Shown one piece after another: positions 26,858 through 36,908 of a stretch of 64,000 bases of DNA. The notes under the pieces are model-generated. The model was not told the DNA's origin. It saw only the letters and a list, made by a program, of their open reading frames with translations, and did no database searches. The DNA is from a virus, in IMG/VR virus record IMGVR_UViG_3300031857_000076, positions 27,626-91,625 of that record, one strand, 5' to 3'. The number at the start of each line of letters is the position of its first letter. Position 1 is the first letter of the stretch. Made by a program: the position numbers and the translations under genes.

Positions 26858-27301
26858 TTAAAATGGAATGTCATCACCCTCTTCACCGCCAGTCCCAGAC
26901 TCTTCTTCCTCAACTGTGGCTGTGATCTTCTTTGGCGCGACTTTCTTTTCTTTTTGTGTCGGGGAGCTTTCAGTCTTTTCAGACTTTTCAAATCGAGGAA
27001 CAAAGTTAACACGATCAGCAACAATAAAGGTCTTGGTAGTTTTCTTACCTTCTTTGTTTTCGTAAGTATCGGTAGCCAAGCGACCATCAACAATAACACT
27101 AGAACCTTTCTTGAGATTTTTGGCGCAAATTTCGCCTTGTTTATCCCAAACATCAACGCTCATATAAAGAGGGTCTTTGTTTTCATCCTTATAATTTTCG
27201 CGATGAGCAATGCGAAGATTGCAAACGCACTTGCCAGTTTTTGTGTATCGAGCTTCGGGGTCAGCGACCAAAAAGCCGTAGAGAATTGTTTTATTTACCA
27301 T
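26858..27301 (-). CDS. ssb: single-stranded DNA-binding protein
   Basis: OB-fold NKTILYG..DPE.RYT, KGSSVIVDGRL, acidic tail ending DDIPF. Confidence 0.95.
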   Translation of the reverse strand: MVNKTILYGFLVADPEARYTKTGKCVCNLRIAHRENYKDENKDPLYMSVDVWDKQGEICAKNLKKGSSVIVDGRLATDTYENKEGKKTTKTFIVADRVNFVPRFEKSEKTESSPTQKEKKVAPKKITATVEEEESGTGGEEGDDIPF

Positions 27302-27309
27302 ATTCGTGT

Positions 27310-27876
27310 TTAATTATTGTTTAATTCGTGTTTAATTTCCTTGATGAACCTATTGTGAATATTAATGCATCCTTGTATTGATAATTTCAATTTTTTTGCA
27401 ATTCTTTTCCACGGTGTTAGTTTATTCTTTTTGCAATCTCTATAACGCATTTGAATAATTTTTCTTACCCTTTCATCGTGGTATTTGTCTGCCTTATCAT
27501 AAATCAGTGAGATGATTTCTTGGTTAATATACTCGCCAATATAATCTTTGTCAACTAAATGTTCAGACAAATCACCAACATCACAGTATTCATACTTTTT
27601 AACCTTGTTATGAATATTCAAGCATTTCCATTTTATTTCGTTGCCTAAATAAGTTGAAAACTTGATTCTTCTGTTGGGGTCAAACTTTAGAGCCTTCTCA
27701 TAGATGAAAAGGTCTTTATCGTCAATAATATCGTTTTTATTGATATTTGACTGATCAGAAATTGTTTGGTTAACAATCTGTAAATAAATTCCAGAGTGTT
27801 TTGCGATCAATTCTTTTAAACAACTTTCGTTGTTATTTATTTTGATTTCTTCGATAAGGGATAAGTCGTCTGCCAT
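27310..27876 (-). CDS. sigma70-family-like phage sigma factor
   Basis: LIAKHSG, FDPNRRIKFSTYL region 2, C-terminal HTH PWKRIAKKLKLS. Confidence 0.75.
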   Translation of the reverse strand: MADDLSLIEEIKINNNESCLKELIAKHSGIYLQIVNQTISDQSNINKNDIIDDKDLFIYEKALKFDPNRRIKFSTYLGNEIKWKCLNIHNKVKKYEYCDVGDLSEHLVDKDYIGEYINQEIISLIYDKADKYHDERVRKIIQMRYRDCKKNKLTPWKRIAKKLKLSIQGCINIHNRFIKEIKHELNNN

Positions 27877-28451
27877 TGTGTGATTTCCTCCGAGTCGAAG
27901 CATTGTTCAAAAATAGCCCAGCTATATTCAGAAAGCGAGAATGGATTGTCTTTTTCCTTGCTTTCTTCTACTGTTTGCCAAACATAAGACAAGTTGGCTT
28001 GTGCTTGTAGAATAGGGTCATTTTCAAGCTCTTCTGAATTTGCTGGTTTGATGAGATTGTTTTCTTTGTCAAGCCTCGCAATATGAATAAGAAAGCCATT
28101 TTTTTGAATCCAATCAGCCTCGTTCTTGTATCGAACGTCAGAAATGATTGCGATTTCGTTATTTTTTAAATATGAAGAAAGAGTATCAATCCAGCAGTTC
28201 TCATTGAGCGCTCTGCGAATATGCGTGCCATAAGCAACAAGAAATGGACGAATCATTTTCTTTTCGTCATCATTTTGAGTGAAGGAGTCTAATCCAGTTT
28301 TCTTTTTAAGAAATGGTCGCACTTCTCTCTTTAGCTCATCTGCAAAAGCATATCTCTTGGCTTTGATGCCAAGATGTTTAAAAATTTTTACAAAGTTGTT
28401 GGCAAGAGTGTCTTTGCCACTTCGGGCTACTCCTGAAATTCCAATAATCAT
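27837..28451 (-). CDS. deoxynucleoside monophosphate kinase
   Basis: IGISGVARSGKDT, AFADELK, ISDVRYKNE. Confidence 0.85.
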   Translation of the reverse strand: MIIGISGVARSGKDTLANNFVKIFKHLGIKAKRYAFADELKREVRPFLKKKTGLDSFTQNDDEKKMIRPFLVAYGTHIRRALNENCWIDTLSSYLKNNEIAIISDVRYKNEADWIQKNGFLIHIARLDKENNLIKPANSEELENDPILQAQANLSYVWQTVEESKEKDNPFSLSEYSWAIFEQCFDSEEITQWQTTYPLSKKSK

Positions 28452-28981
28452 AAGCCAGTGCTGCCAAAGCCTCCTTCGTTTCTTTCTGTTTGTTCAAGCT
28501 CTTCAACAAATTCAATAGATGGGTGAAAATGCTTTTGAAATACTAATTGGCAAACTTTATCACCTTTTTGATAAATTTTATTTTCATTAACTATACAGAG
28601 AATTTTATTATCAAAAAATACTAAATCTTCTGGCTGCATGATATACTTAAATCTAACTTTAATTGTAGATCGAAAACCAGAGTCAACAACTCCAATGGAG
28701 TTTGCTAAAAGCAAGTTATATTTGCTCACGCTTGATCTTGGAAAAACAAGAGTGTAGATGTCTTCATTTGGCGAATTGACTGGTTGAAAGCCGTCAACCT
28801 TGACGTTTAAATCATACTCAATGTAATCAATTCTTTTGTAAATGTTGGTGTCTTCAAAACATTCACCAACAATTTTTGGATTTGAAGCTGCAACTACATC
28901 ATATCCAACATCGCCATCATGGGCAGGATGGGATAAATTTGAATCTTGATCAACAACATAAAGCAGGTCAGGAAAATTCAT
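28448..28981 (-). CDS. dut: trimeric dUTPase
   Basis: GYD, PRSS, NSIGVVDSGFR, GDKVCQL, RNEGGFGSTG. Confidence 0.95.
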   Translation of the reverse strand: MNFPDLLYVVDQDSNLSHPAHDGDVGYDVVAASNPKIVGECFEDTNIYKRIDYIEYDLNVKVDGFQPVNSPNEDIYTLVFPRSSVSKYNLLLANSIGVVDSGFRSTIKVRFKYIMQPEDLVFFDNKILCIVNENKIYQKGDKVCQLVFQKHFHPSIEFVEELEQTERNEGGFGSTGL

Positions 28982-29255
28982 TATCTAAATTTTTAGCGAG
29001 TTCGTAGTGGCCATTGTTTGCTAAAATAGCCGCTGTATGAACATACGAAATATTTTCTAAATCTTCCTGAATTTCTTGACAAGACATTAAAAAACCAAGA
29101 CTGATATTTTCAAGACCAGCTTCTTTGTAGCAAGCCATTGCTTGTTCTAGTGCTTTTGAGCAAGCATCTGTAACGTCTTCTGCGTTAACTACACACTCCC
29201 AATCGCCACTTTGGACAAGGAAGATTTTTTGTTTGAAGTTTTTGAGGATAACCAT
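28968..29255 (-). CDS. hypothetical protein
   Basis: First gene of the leftward block; TTGACA 28 nt upstream. Confidence 0.65.
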   Translation of the reverse strand: MVILKNFKQKIFLVQSGDWECVVNAEDVTDACSKALEQAMACYKEAGLENISLGFLMSCQEIQEDLENISYVHTAAILANNGHYELAKNLDNEFS

Positions 29256-29495
29256 ATCTCAACTTCTTCCAGAAAACATCTTCTGTCAAGAAGATTTTTC
29301 TATATTTATACGATATATACTTTAAAGAAACTTTAGTATAAATATTATTTTAAGGACTATTTACGTTCGGCAAGGAAAGAACGCTAGGGATACGAAGGGA
29401 GAGGGGGTATTTCTTTCAAAAAATGTGAAAAAAGTTTGAGAAATTTTTCTGTTTCAAAATTCTTGACAGCGACCAACCAGTGTGTAATATATCGT
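29256..29495. promoter_or_regulatory. divergent control region (largest non-coding gap)
   Basis: TTGACA at 29284-29289 (-) and 29463-29468 (+), GTGTAA at 29482-29487, AT-rich and purine-rich tracts. Confidence 0.7.
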
Positions 29496-30470
29496 ATGAC
29501 TATTTTCGACGAGCAAATTTCGCGCAAGCCAGATCGGTATCCTTGGGTTCAAGATTTTATTTCAGCAATGCACGAAGGGTTCTGGACGCATAAAGAATTT
29601 AGCTTCTCCAGTGATCTTCAAGATTTCAAAGTAAATCTAAGCAAAGAAGAGCAAGAAGTTATTATTCGCACGCTTTCTGCCATTGGTCAGATCGAAGTGG
29701 CGGTTAAAAAGTTTTGGGCCAAGCTCGGAGACAATCTTCCCCACCCATCACTCACTGATCTTGGTTATGTGATGGCTGGAGTGGAAGTGATTCACAACAA
29801 TGCTTATCAGCGTCTTCTTGAAGTTCTTGATATGGAAGAAATCTTTGAGGAAAATCTCAAGCTTGATGTTGTGTCTGGTCGTGTCAACTATCTTCGCAAA
29901 TACACTCATCGTTTCTACAAAGACTCTCGTAAACAATATGTTTATGCACTCATTCTTTTTACTCTTTTCATTGAGAATGTTTCTTTGTTTTCTCAATTTT
30001 ACATTATTCTTTGGTTCGGGCGTTATCGCAATGTGCTAAAAGACACAACTCAACAAGTCACCTATACCAAGAACGAAGAACTCATTCATGCTAAAGTTGG
30101 CATGAAACTTGTGAACGTGATTCGCAAAGAGTGTCCAGAGCTTTTCGATGCTGATTTGGAGCAAAGAATCTTGCACGAAGCAGAAGAAGCTTTCAAAGCA
30201 GAATCCAAGATTATTGATTGGATTATTGGCGACTTTAGCGCACAAAGAATGAATGCTAATATTCTCAAAGAGTATGTGAAAAATAGAATCAATGATTCTT
30301 TGAAAGAGATTGGTTTCAAACCCTTATTTACCATTGACAAAACGCTTGCTAGAGACTATGAGTGGATGGATGAAGAAGTCTTGGCAAACAATGCTGTTGA
30401 CTTTTTCTACCAACGTCCTGTTGACTACGCAAAGAAAAATAAAACATTCGAACTAGAAGAACTCGTTTAA
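29496..30470 (+). CDS. nrdB: ribonucleotide reductase class I beta subunit
   Basis: FWTHKE, EVIHNNAY, FIENVSLFSQF, EELIH, DFF..RPVDY. Confidence 0.95.
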   Translation: MTIFDEQISRKPDRYPWVQDFISAMHEGFWTHKEFSFSSDLQDFKVNLSKEEQEVIIRTLSAIGQIEVAVKKFWAKLGDNLPHPSLTDLGYVMAGVEVIHNNAYQRLLEVLDMEEIFEENLKLDVVSGRVNYLRKYTHRFYKDSRKQYVYALILFTLFIENVSLFSQFYIILWFGRYRNVLKDTTQQVTYTKNEELIHAKVGMKLVNVIRKECPELFDADLEQRILHEAEEAFKAESKIIDWIIGDFSAQRMNANILKEYVKNRINDSLKEIGFKPLFTIDKTLARDYEWMDEEVLANNAVDFFYQRPVDYAKKNKTFELEELV

Positions 30471-30471
30471 A

Positions 30472-32118
30472 ATGACAAAATACTACTGGCTAAATCAAAA
30501 ATCCCGCGAATTTCTTGCTCGCGGTTACGTTAGAGAAGATCAAACCGCAGAAGAAAGAGTTAGAGAAATTGCTGAAACTGCCGAAAAGTATTTGAAGATC
30601 AGAGGCTTTGCAGACAAGTTCGAAGATTACATGTCGCGTGGCTGGTTTAGTTTGTCCTCTCCAGTATGGGCAAACTATGGTCTTGAAAGAGGCTTACCTT
30701 GCTCATGCAATGGCTCATTCATTGACGATACAATGGATAGCATTTTGTATAAGAATGCTGAAATTGGAATGATGACAAAGAACGCTGCTGGAACATCTGC
30801 TTATTTTGGCAAGCTGCGTCCAAGAGGCGCAACCATTAGTTCTGGCGGAACATCAAGTGGCAGCGTTCATTTCATGGAACTCTTTGACAAGGTAGCCAAC
30901 ATTGTTTCTCAATCCAATGTCCGCCGTGGTTCAATGGCAGCGTATTTGGATATTGATCATCCAGATTTAGAAGAGTTTCTTCGTATTCGTAGCGAAGGAC
31001 ATCCAATCCAAGAACTCAGCATTGGTGTTTGCATTTCAAACGAATGGATGGAAGGTCTTTTGAACAAAGACAAAGATAAGCTCAAAATTTGGGGCCAAGT
31101 TATCAAGAAGCGTTTTGAAAGTGGCTATCCATATATTCACTTCACTGGCAACGCAAATGAGCAAGCGCCAGCAGTTTATAAAGACAAAGGCGTAAAAATT
31201 TATGCCAGCAATCTCTGTAATGAGATTAATCTTTCTTCTGACAAGGATACTTCGTTTGTTTGCGTGCTTTCAAGCATTAATCTATTGCATTACGATGAAT
31301 GGAAGGACACTGACGCTGTTGAAGTATTGACCTACTTCCTTGATACTGTGACCGAAGAATACATTCGTAAGACTGAAAATATGCCGTTCATGGCTGCTGC
31401 TAATAAGTTTGCAAAAGAGCAGAGAGCGGTTGGTCTTGGAGTTTTAGGTTGGCATTCTCTCTTGCAAGCCAAAAACATTGCATGGGAAAGCATGGAAGCC
31501 AAACTATTGAACGCAAGCGTTTTCAAGCTCATTTCAGAAAAAAGCTTGAAGGCAAGCAAAGAAATGGCTGAAAAATATGGTGAGCCAGAAATGCTCAAAG
31601 GATATGGCGAAAGAATGGTTACTCGTTTAGCTATTGCTCCAACAGTTTCTTCTTCTTTTATTCTTGGTCAAGTTTCTCAAGGTATTGAGCCTCAAAACTC
31701 CAATTACTATGTCAAGAAACTTGCCAAAGGCTCTTTCACATACAAGAATCCATATCTTAAAGAACTCTTGAAGCAAAAAGATAAAGACGACCAAGAAGTT
31801 TGGAAGAGCATTCTGGAAAATGGCGGCTCAGTTCAGCATCTTGATTTCTTGACAGATCACGAAAAGGATGTGTTCAAGACCTTTGGAGAAATCTCCCAAA
31901 AGGAAATTGTTATCCAAGCTGCTCAACGCCAAAAGTTCATTGATCAAGGTCAGAGCCTCAATCTTATGATTCCTCCAGCAACAACCGTTGGAGAAGTAAG
32001 TAAACTAATGATCTTTGGCTGGCAGCAAGGCATCAAAGGCTTTTACTACCAAAAATCAAGCAATCCAAGTCAATTATTGGCTCGCTCCCTTAATGAGTGT
32101 AAGTCTTGCGAAGCTTAA
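30472..32118 (+). CDS. nrdA: ribonucleotide reductase class I alpha subunit (compact, no ATP cone)
   Basis: SSPVWAN, SC, RRG..A.YL, SNLCNE, AIAPT, IDQGQSLN, GFYY, C-terminal CKSC. Confidence 0.95.
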   Translation: MTKYYWLNQKSREFLARGYVREDQTAEERVREIAETAEKYLKIRGFADKFEDYMSRGWFSLSSPVWANYGLERGLPCSCNGSFIDDTMDSILYKNAEIGMMTKNAAGTSAYFGKLRPRGATISSGGTSSGSVHFMELFDKVANIVSQSNVRRGSMAAYLDIDHPDLEEFLRIRSEGHPIQELSIGVCISNEWMEGLLNKDKDKLKIWGQVIKKRFESGYPYIHFTGNANEQAPAVYKDKGVKIYASNLCNEINLSSDKDTSFVCVLSSINLLHYDEWKDTDAVEVLTYFLDTVTEEYIRKTENMPFMAAANKFAKEQRAVGLGVLGWHSLLQAKNIAWESMEAKLLNASVFKLISEKSLKASKEMAEKYGEPEMLKGYGERMVTRLAIAPTVSSSFILGQVSQGIEPQNSNYYVKKLAKGSFTYKNPYLKELLKQKDKDDQEVWKSILENGGSVQHLDFLTDHEKDVFKTFGEISQKEIVIQAAQRQKFIDQGQSLNLMIPPATTVGEVSKLMIFGWQQGIKGFYYQKSSNPSQLLARSLNECKSCEA

Positions 32119-32161
32119 CTAATTGTTGATAAAAATAATTTTTTAAGTGTAAAAAGTAAAC

Positions 32162-33196
32162 ATGGAAGTAGATTTTTCTCAACAGATTTTAGAGGCCAAG
32201 AACCGCCCTGGACCAAAAAGCTCCGCACAAACTCCTGCGAAGCCAGATGAGCGTAAAAAGGGTTCAAAAATGAATGAGCCAGGCTCTGCTGGCACTACTC
32301 CAGATGCTAAAGAACGCGCTGAGAAAAATCTTGAGAAAGATGATAAAAAAGAAGTTGTTAAGGCCGAAATCACTTTCAATGATAAAATCACTGAGTCTCT
32401 AAAAAAGAAAGTTGAAGATCATAACTCCAAGCACAGCCGTAAAGTTTCTCTTTCTCAATTAAAGAAAGTTTATCGCCGTGGCTTGGGTGCTTTTAGTTCC
32501 ACTCATCGTCCAGGCAAGAGTCGTCAGCAGTGGGCAATGGCTCGCGTCAATACTTTCTTGAAAATGATGCGTGGCGAAAAAGTCAAAGATGCATATAAAG
32601 CTGCTGATGGCGACATTGCCAAAGGTTCCGAAGCTTTTGATCATAATCACGACTATTATGATTTTGAAGACCTTGAGCTTCAATTAGCTCATATTAATCT
32701 AATCGAAGCTGGTGTTTTATTCGAAGAAATGGACATCTTCAATGAAGACATTGACTATACCGAAGCAGAAAAGAAAACTCTTAATAAGCCTTTCAGACTT
32801 CCTTCTGGCTCTAATAAGAAATTTGGCGTTTATGTTAAAAACGACAAAGGCAACACTGTGATGGTTAAATTTGGCGACCCTAACATGGAAATCAAACGCG
32901 ATGACCCTGAACGCCGCAAGAATTTCCGCGCAAGACATCAATGCGACAGCAACCCTGGTCCTAAATGGAAAGCTAGATATTGGGCTTGTAGAACTTGGGA
33001 GAAGGGCAAGACTGTTACTGAAATCACTAGCAGTGAAGACCCAATCGAAGCCTTTTATATCAAACAGGCCGAAAGAGAAATCAGAATGTCTGATGCTATT
33101 TTGAATGAAGAAGACTTTCCTTCTCAAGAAGAAGTTTTAGCTCTTAATCCTCTATTAGACAATGTTTATTACATTGAAGAGGAAGTGGGAATTTAA
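32162..33196 (+). CDS. hypothetical multidomain protein
   Basis: Two basic domains (KVYRRGLGAF...WAMARVN; KFGDP...RRKNFRARHQC...RYWAC); GTGTAA 9 nt upstream. Confidence 0.7.
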   Translation: MEVDFSQQILEAKNRPGPKSSAQTPAKPDERKKGSKMNEPGSAGTTPDAKERAEKNLEKDDKKEVVKAEITFNDKITESLKKKVEDHNSKHSRKVSLSQLKKVYRRGLGAFSSTHRPGKSRQQWAMARVNTFLKMMRGEKVKDAYKAADGDIAKGSEAFDHNHDYYDFEDLELQLAHINLIEAGVLFEEMDIFNEDIDYTEAEKKTLNKPFRLPSGSNKKFGVYVKNDKGNTVMVKFGDPNMEIKRDDPERRKNFRARHQCDSNPGPKWKARYWACRTWEKGKTVTEITSSEDPIEAFYIKQAEREIRMSDAILNEEDFPSQEEVLALNPLLDNVYYIEEEVGI

Positions 33197-33229
33197 TTAG
33201 AAAATTCTTTATTGTTTCGTATTATCCTA

Positions 33230-33496
33230 GTGATCGAACAGATTCTAGGTGTTATTTATACGTTCTGCTTCTCAGTCTGCTACATTCCTCAAATCTCCAA
33301 AAGTTTGAGGACAAAAAATGTGCAAGACGTTAGCGTTGGCATGTTTATTCTTTCAATAATTGGGTATGTCTCAGCAATGGGATATACCCTTTTGCGTGTT
33401 GGATGGGATTTTTGGTGGATAGTAAATTATTTTTGTGGCCTAGTTTCTGCAACAGTCATGGTGGCAATTTATTACATTTACAAAAAACATGTTTAG
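33230..33496 (+). CDS. SemiSWEET / PQ-loop sugar transporter
   Basis: YIPQISKSLRTKNVQDVS PQ-loop motif, three TM helices, conserved N in TM3. Confidence 0.82.
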   Translation: MIEQILGVIYTFCFSVCYIPQISKSLRTKNVQDVSVGMFILSIIGYVSAMGYTLLRVGWDFWWIVNYFCGLVSATVMVAIYYIYKKHV

Positions 33497-34259
33497 CATT
33501 TATCATTCAGCATTTAACCTCATCAAGCATGGCTTTGTTGGTTGGGAAAACAGCGTTCAAAATTCATGCAAATTTGCAGATGAAGTAATCATCGCAGTTA
33601 ATACTTCCGTAGATAATACAAAGGAAGCAATCTCAGAAACTTTAAAAGACTTTTCTAACTGGAAAATTATAGAAACCGATTTTTCATATCAAGACCCTTG
33701 GCTTGATGGCAAGATTAAAAATGCCGCCCTTCAAGCTTGCACGCAAGATTTTAAGATTCAACTCGATCTCGATGAGTACATTCCATTGTGGCAAAAACCA
33801 CTGTGGGAAATTTTAGCCATGCAAATTGCTCTTAGTCCAGTTCAGTGTGCAGCAGTTGCATCTGTGAATCTTTATAAAGATTGGAATCACTATTCTTCAA
33901 TTACTAACAAGCAATATTTCAATAAAGGACAAGCTTATCGTGCGCCAAGTAAAGCGGCCAGAAAACAAGACGGCACAATTAATACTAAAATGAGCGATGG
34001 TTGTGACTTGGTTAATGCTGATGGAGAATTTGTTTCAACAATGGCAACCACAACTGATCTACAACGCTTGGAGCTTGGTGTTTCACCATTTGTTGTTCAT
34101 TTTGGTTATGTAGATTTAGACTCTCGACTAAAGAGAAACCATGAGTTCTGGCACGAACATTGGTATGTTGAAGGCGGTGGGCAAGACCCCGCTCACAAGA
34201 TTCACATGAAACACGAAGACTTTGAATACCCTTATCTTAAACATAAATTAAAATTATAA
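33489..34259 (+). CDS. GT2-like glycosyltransferase
   Basis: ADEVIIAV..S.DNT, KNAALQAC, QLDLDE DxD motif, HFGY. Confidence 0.8.
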   Translation: MFSIYHSAFNLIKHGFVGWENSVQNSCKFADEVIIAVNTSVDNTKEAISETLKDFSNWKIIETDFSYQDPWLDGKIKNAALQACTQDFKIQLDLDEYIPLWQKPLWEILAMQIALSPVQCAAVASVNLYKDWNHYSSITNKQYFNKGQAYRAPSKAARKQDGTINTKMSDGCDLVNADGEFVSTMATTTDLQRLELGVSPFVVHFGYVDLDSRLKRNHEFWHEHWYVEGGGQDPAHKIHMKHEDFEYPYLKHKLKL

Positions 34260-34260
34260 C

Positions 34261-34959
34261 ATGGATAATTTAATTAAATTATCTTGTCCATCCGAGGGGT
34301 TAGGTGATACGTTAATACTTACTTGTATTTGTAAGCACTTGCTTGCAAATAATAAAAAACCAATTGTTTCATTGCCTGCTAAAATAAAAAGGTTTTCTAT
34401 TTTATTTGATGGCATCGCTGATGTTATAATAGAAGACGTTAATCAATATTTGCCCGATCTTGGTGGGGGTCACTATGCTACACGAAAACTAAGAAATTTT
34501 TTTCAACATGCAGAATTATTAGATAATAGACCTTTAGTTTTACATTCAAATCAAGAATCAGAAATTTGGACTGCAAATTATCTTATCAATAAGATTAATC
34601 CAGTAATTTTTGTGCCGCATTGTGCAAAACAGTGGCATGAAGTAAGAAGCTTAAAGGTTGATAGTTATGAGCAGTTATTTGATAAATTAATTTCTGATGG
34701 CTTAACTCCAATTATTTGTCAAAGCTCTAGTAATCCAGTTTCTATTAAATATGAAAATATTTTAACAGACTTGGAACTGAGTAAATATATTTGCTTATTG
34801 AGAAAAGTGGGCCTTTATGTTGGATGCAATACTGGAGATATGCACTTGGCTATTTCTGTTGGCGCTCATTGTCAAGTTATTCAGCCACAAAATCATCCAC
34901 TATTCAATGCAGATGAGTGGAATTACAATCATCCATCAATTACATATTATCAATTATGA
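34261..34959 (+). CDS. GT9-like glycosyltransferase
   Basis: GLGDTL N-motif; YVGCNTGDMHLAISVG. Confidence 0.78.
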   Translation: MDNLIKLSCPSEGLGDTLILTCICKHLLANNKKPIVSLPAKIKRFSILFDGIADVIIEDVNQYLPDLGGGHYATRKLRNFFQHAELLDNRPLVLHSNQESEIWTANYLINKINPVIFVPHCAKQWHEVRSLKVDSYEQLFDKLISDGLTPIICQSSSNPVSIKYENILTDLELSKYICLLRKVGLYVGCNTGDMHLAISVGAHCQVIQPQNHPLFNADEWNYNHPSITYYQL

Positions 34960-35303
34960 TCACAATTTTAGTAGATGAGGGGTACGCTTATGATTATTTA
35001 GCCATCCTTGCGGTTAAACACAAAATATTCAATAATGAAAAAACCCTTACCGCAAGAACTTTATGTAATGAACATATCCTGAATCAAATACCAGAAGACC
35101 AACATATTAAAATTGTGCGTTCTCAAGAATTTAAAAATTTAATTGACGCTAATTTTAAAACTTTTGAAGCTGTAGAAGAAGCTCGTTATGGAAAGATTTC
35201 CGCAAAAGAAGTGGACGATTTAAATATGAAAAGGTATTATTGCAAAGTGGCTTTACAAAATAAATTTTTCCCCGATATACAAACTACAGAACTTAAATCA
35301 TGA
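34956..35303 (+). CDS. hypothetical helical protein
   Basis: ATGA-coupled between the GT9 gene and gmd. Confidence 0.65.
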   Translation: MITILVDEGYAYDYLAILAVKHKIFNNEKTLTARTLCNEHILNQIPEDQHIKIVRSQEFKNLIDANFKTFEAVEEARYGKISAKEVDDLNMKRYYCKVALQNKFFPDIQTTELKS

Positions 35304-36337
35304 AAACAATTATTATAACTGGTATTACTGGTCAAGATGGCTCGCTGATGGCAGACCATCTGCTAAAAGACCCAAACAACTTTGTTTACGGGGCGCATAG
35401 ACGCTTGAGTGTTCCAAATCATCAAAACATTGAAAATATCAAGAACCACGAAAGATTTAAATTGTTAGAGTTGGACCTTACTGATGCGGAAAGCATTAAT
35501 CAAGCAATTAGAGAAATCAAGCCAGATTACTTCATCAACTTCGCTGCAAACTCTTTTGTTGGCAATAGTTGGAAGATGCCAATTAATCACATGCAAACAA
35601 ACTGCATGGGAGTGCTTCATTGTCTTGAAGCTATTAGAAACCTTTCTCCAGAAACTAGATTCTATAATGCTGGCAGCAGCGAACAGTTCGGAGATGTTGC
35701 ATATTCTCCACAAGACATCAACCATCCATTTCGTCCAAGATCGCCATACGGCGCTTCTAAGTGCGCTGCGCATCATTTGGTAAAGGTTTACCGAGAGTCT
35801 TATGGCATTTATGCTGTTCAAGGAATCTTATTTAATCACGAAGGCGTTCGTCGCGGAGAAGAGTTCGTAACGCGAAAAATCACTAAAAATGTAGCAAGAA
35901 TCTATAACGCCAAAAAAAGTGACGAATCTTTCTTGCCAATGGAGCTTGGCAATGTTGACGCCAAAAGAGATTGGAGCGATGCTCAAGATTTTGTGCGCGG
36001 TGTTTGGCTGATGCTTAATCAAGAAAAGCCAAAAGACTATGTTCTCTCTGCTAATGAAACTCACTCAGTAAGAGAATTTATTGAACTAGCCTTCGAAGCT
36101 GCTTCTATTGAAGGTGAGTGGATTGGCAACGGTTTAGATGAAGTTTTTATTGACAAAAACACGAAACAAAAGCTTGTAGTAATTAATCCAGCTTTCTATC
36201 GTCCAGCAGAAGTTGATCTTCTTTGGGGTGATTCGACACCAGCAAGAGAAGAGCTTGGCTGGATTCCAAACACATCTTTCTCGCAACTTGTTGAGAAAAT
36301 GGTTGCGCGAGACTCAGGTTGGCCTTACATTAATTAA
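35300..36337 (+). CDS. gmd: GDP-mannose 4,6-dehydratase
   Basis: ITGITGQDGS, SSEQFG, PRSPYGASK, GILFNHE, FVTRKIT, RDW, RPAEVDLL.GD. Confidence 0.96.
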   Translation: MKTIIITGITGQDGSLMADHLLKDPNNFVYGAHRRLSVPNHQNIENIKNHERFKLLELDLTDAESINQAIREIKPDYFINFAANSFVGNSWKMPINHMQTNCMGVLHCLEAIRNLSPETRFYNAGSSEQFGDVAYSPQDINHPFRPRSPYGASKCAAHHLVKVYRESYGIYAVQGILFNHEGVRRGEEFVTRKITKNVARIYNAKKSDESFLPMELGNVDAKRDWSDAQDFVRGVWLMLNQEKPKDYVLSANETHSVREFIELAFEAASIEGEWIGNGLDEVFIDKNTKQKLVVINPAFYRPAEVDLLWGDSTPAREELGWIPNTSFSQLVEKMVARDSGWPYIN

Positions 36338-36341
36338 TTTT

Positions 36342-36908
36342 ATGAATATTCTTCAAATAGGATGTAATAATTGTGACGATCATGTTTTTGATTTCGTCAA
36401 AGATAACCAAAATGTTATTGAGAATTTTTTTGTTGTTGATGCTCTGCCCAAATGCTGCGAAAAGGCTCAAAAAGTTTATAGTTTTGTTAATAACTTAAAA
36501 GTATTTAACAAAGCAATCGGTTTGGAAAATACAACTTGTAGATTTTACTTTCCAGAGGGCGATGAAGAATCTGCACATGCATCTTTAAATAAAGATCATG
36601 TATTGAAACATCATCATCCCAATGTGAATTTTATTGACGCCGAATGTATTGATATTAATGACTTTTTAAAAAATTTACCACCGCTAGACCGTTTATATAT
36701 TGATATTGAAGGTTTAGATGTTAAAACACTAATGCACATGAAAGATGAATATTTTACTATTCCATATATTGAATATGAATTTTATCATGGTCAAGACACA
36801 TTTAATCCTGGTATCATGCATCATTTTCTCTTGCAAAAGTTTGAGTATCATGGATATTCTGTAAAGCAAATATCTGAATATAATTGTGCCGCAGAAAAAA
36901 CCAAATAA
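36342..36908 (+). CDS. FkbM-family methyltransferase
   Basis: ILQIGCN, NKAIG, LYIDIEGLD. Confidence 0.75.
   Translation: MNILQIGCNNCDDHVFDFVKDNQNVIENFFVVDALPKCCEKAQKVYSFVNNLKVFNKAIGLENTTCRFYFPEGDEESAHASLNKDHVLKHHHPNVNFIDAECIDINDFLKNLPPLDRLYIDIEGLDVKTLMHMKDEYFTIPYIEYEFYHGQDTFNPGIMHHFLLQKFEYHGYSVKQISEYNCAAEKTK

Noticed and set aside
29256-29495. tRNA in the intergenic gap
   Set aside because: GTTCG is present but no cloverleaf or acceptor stem can be formed
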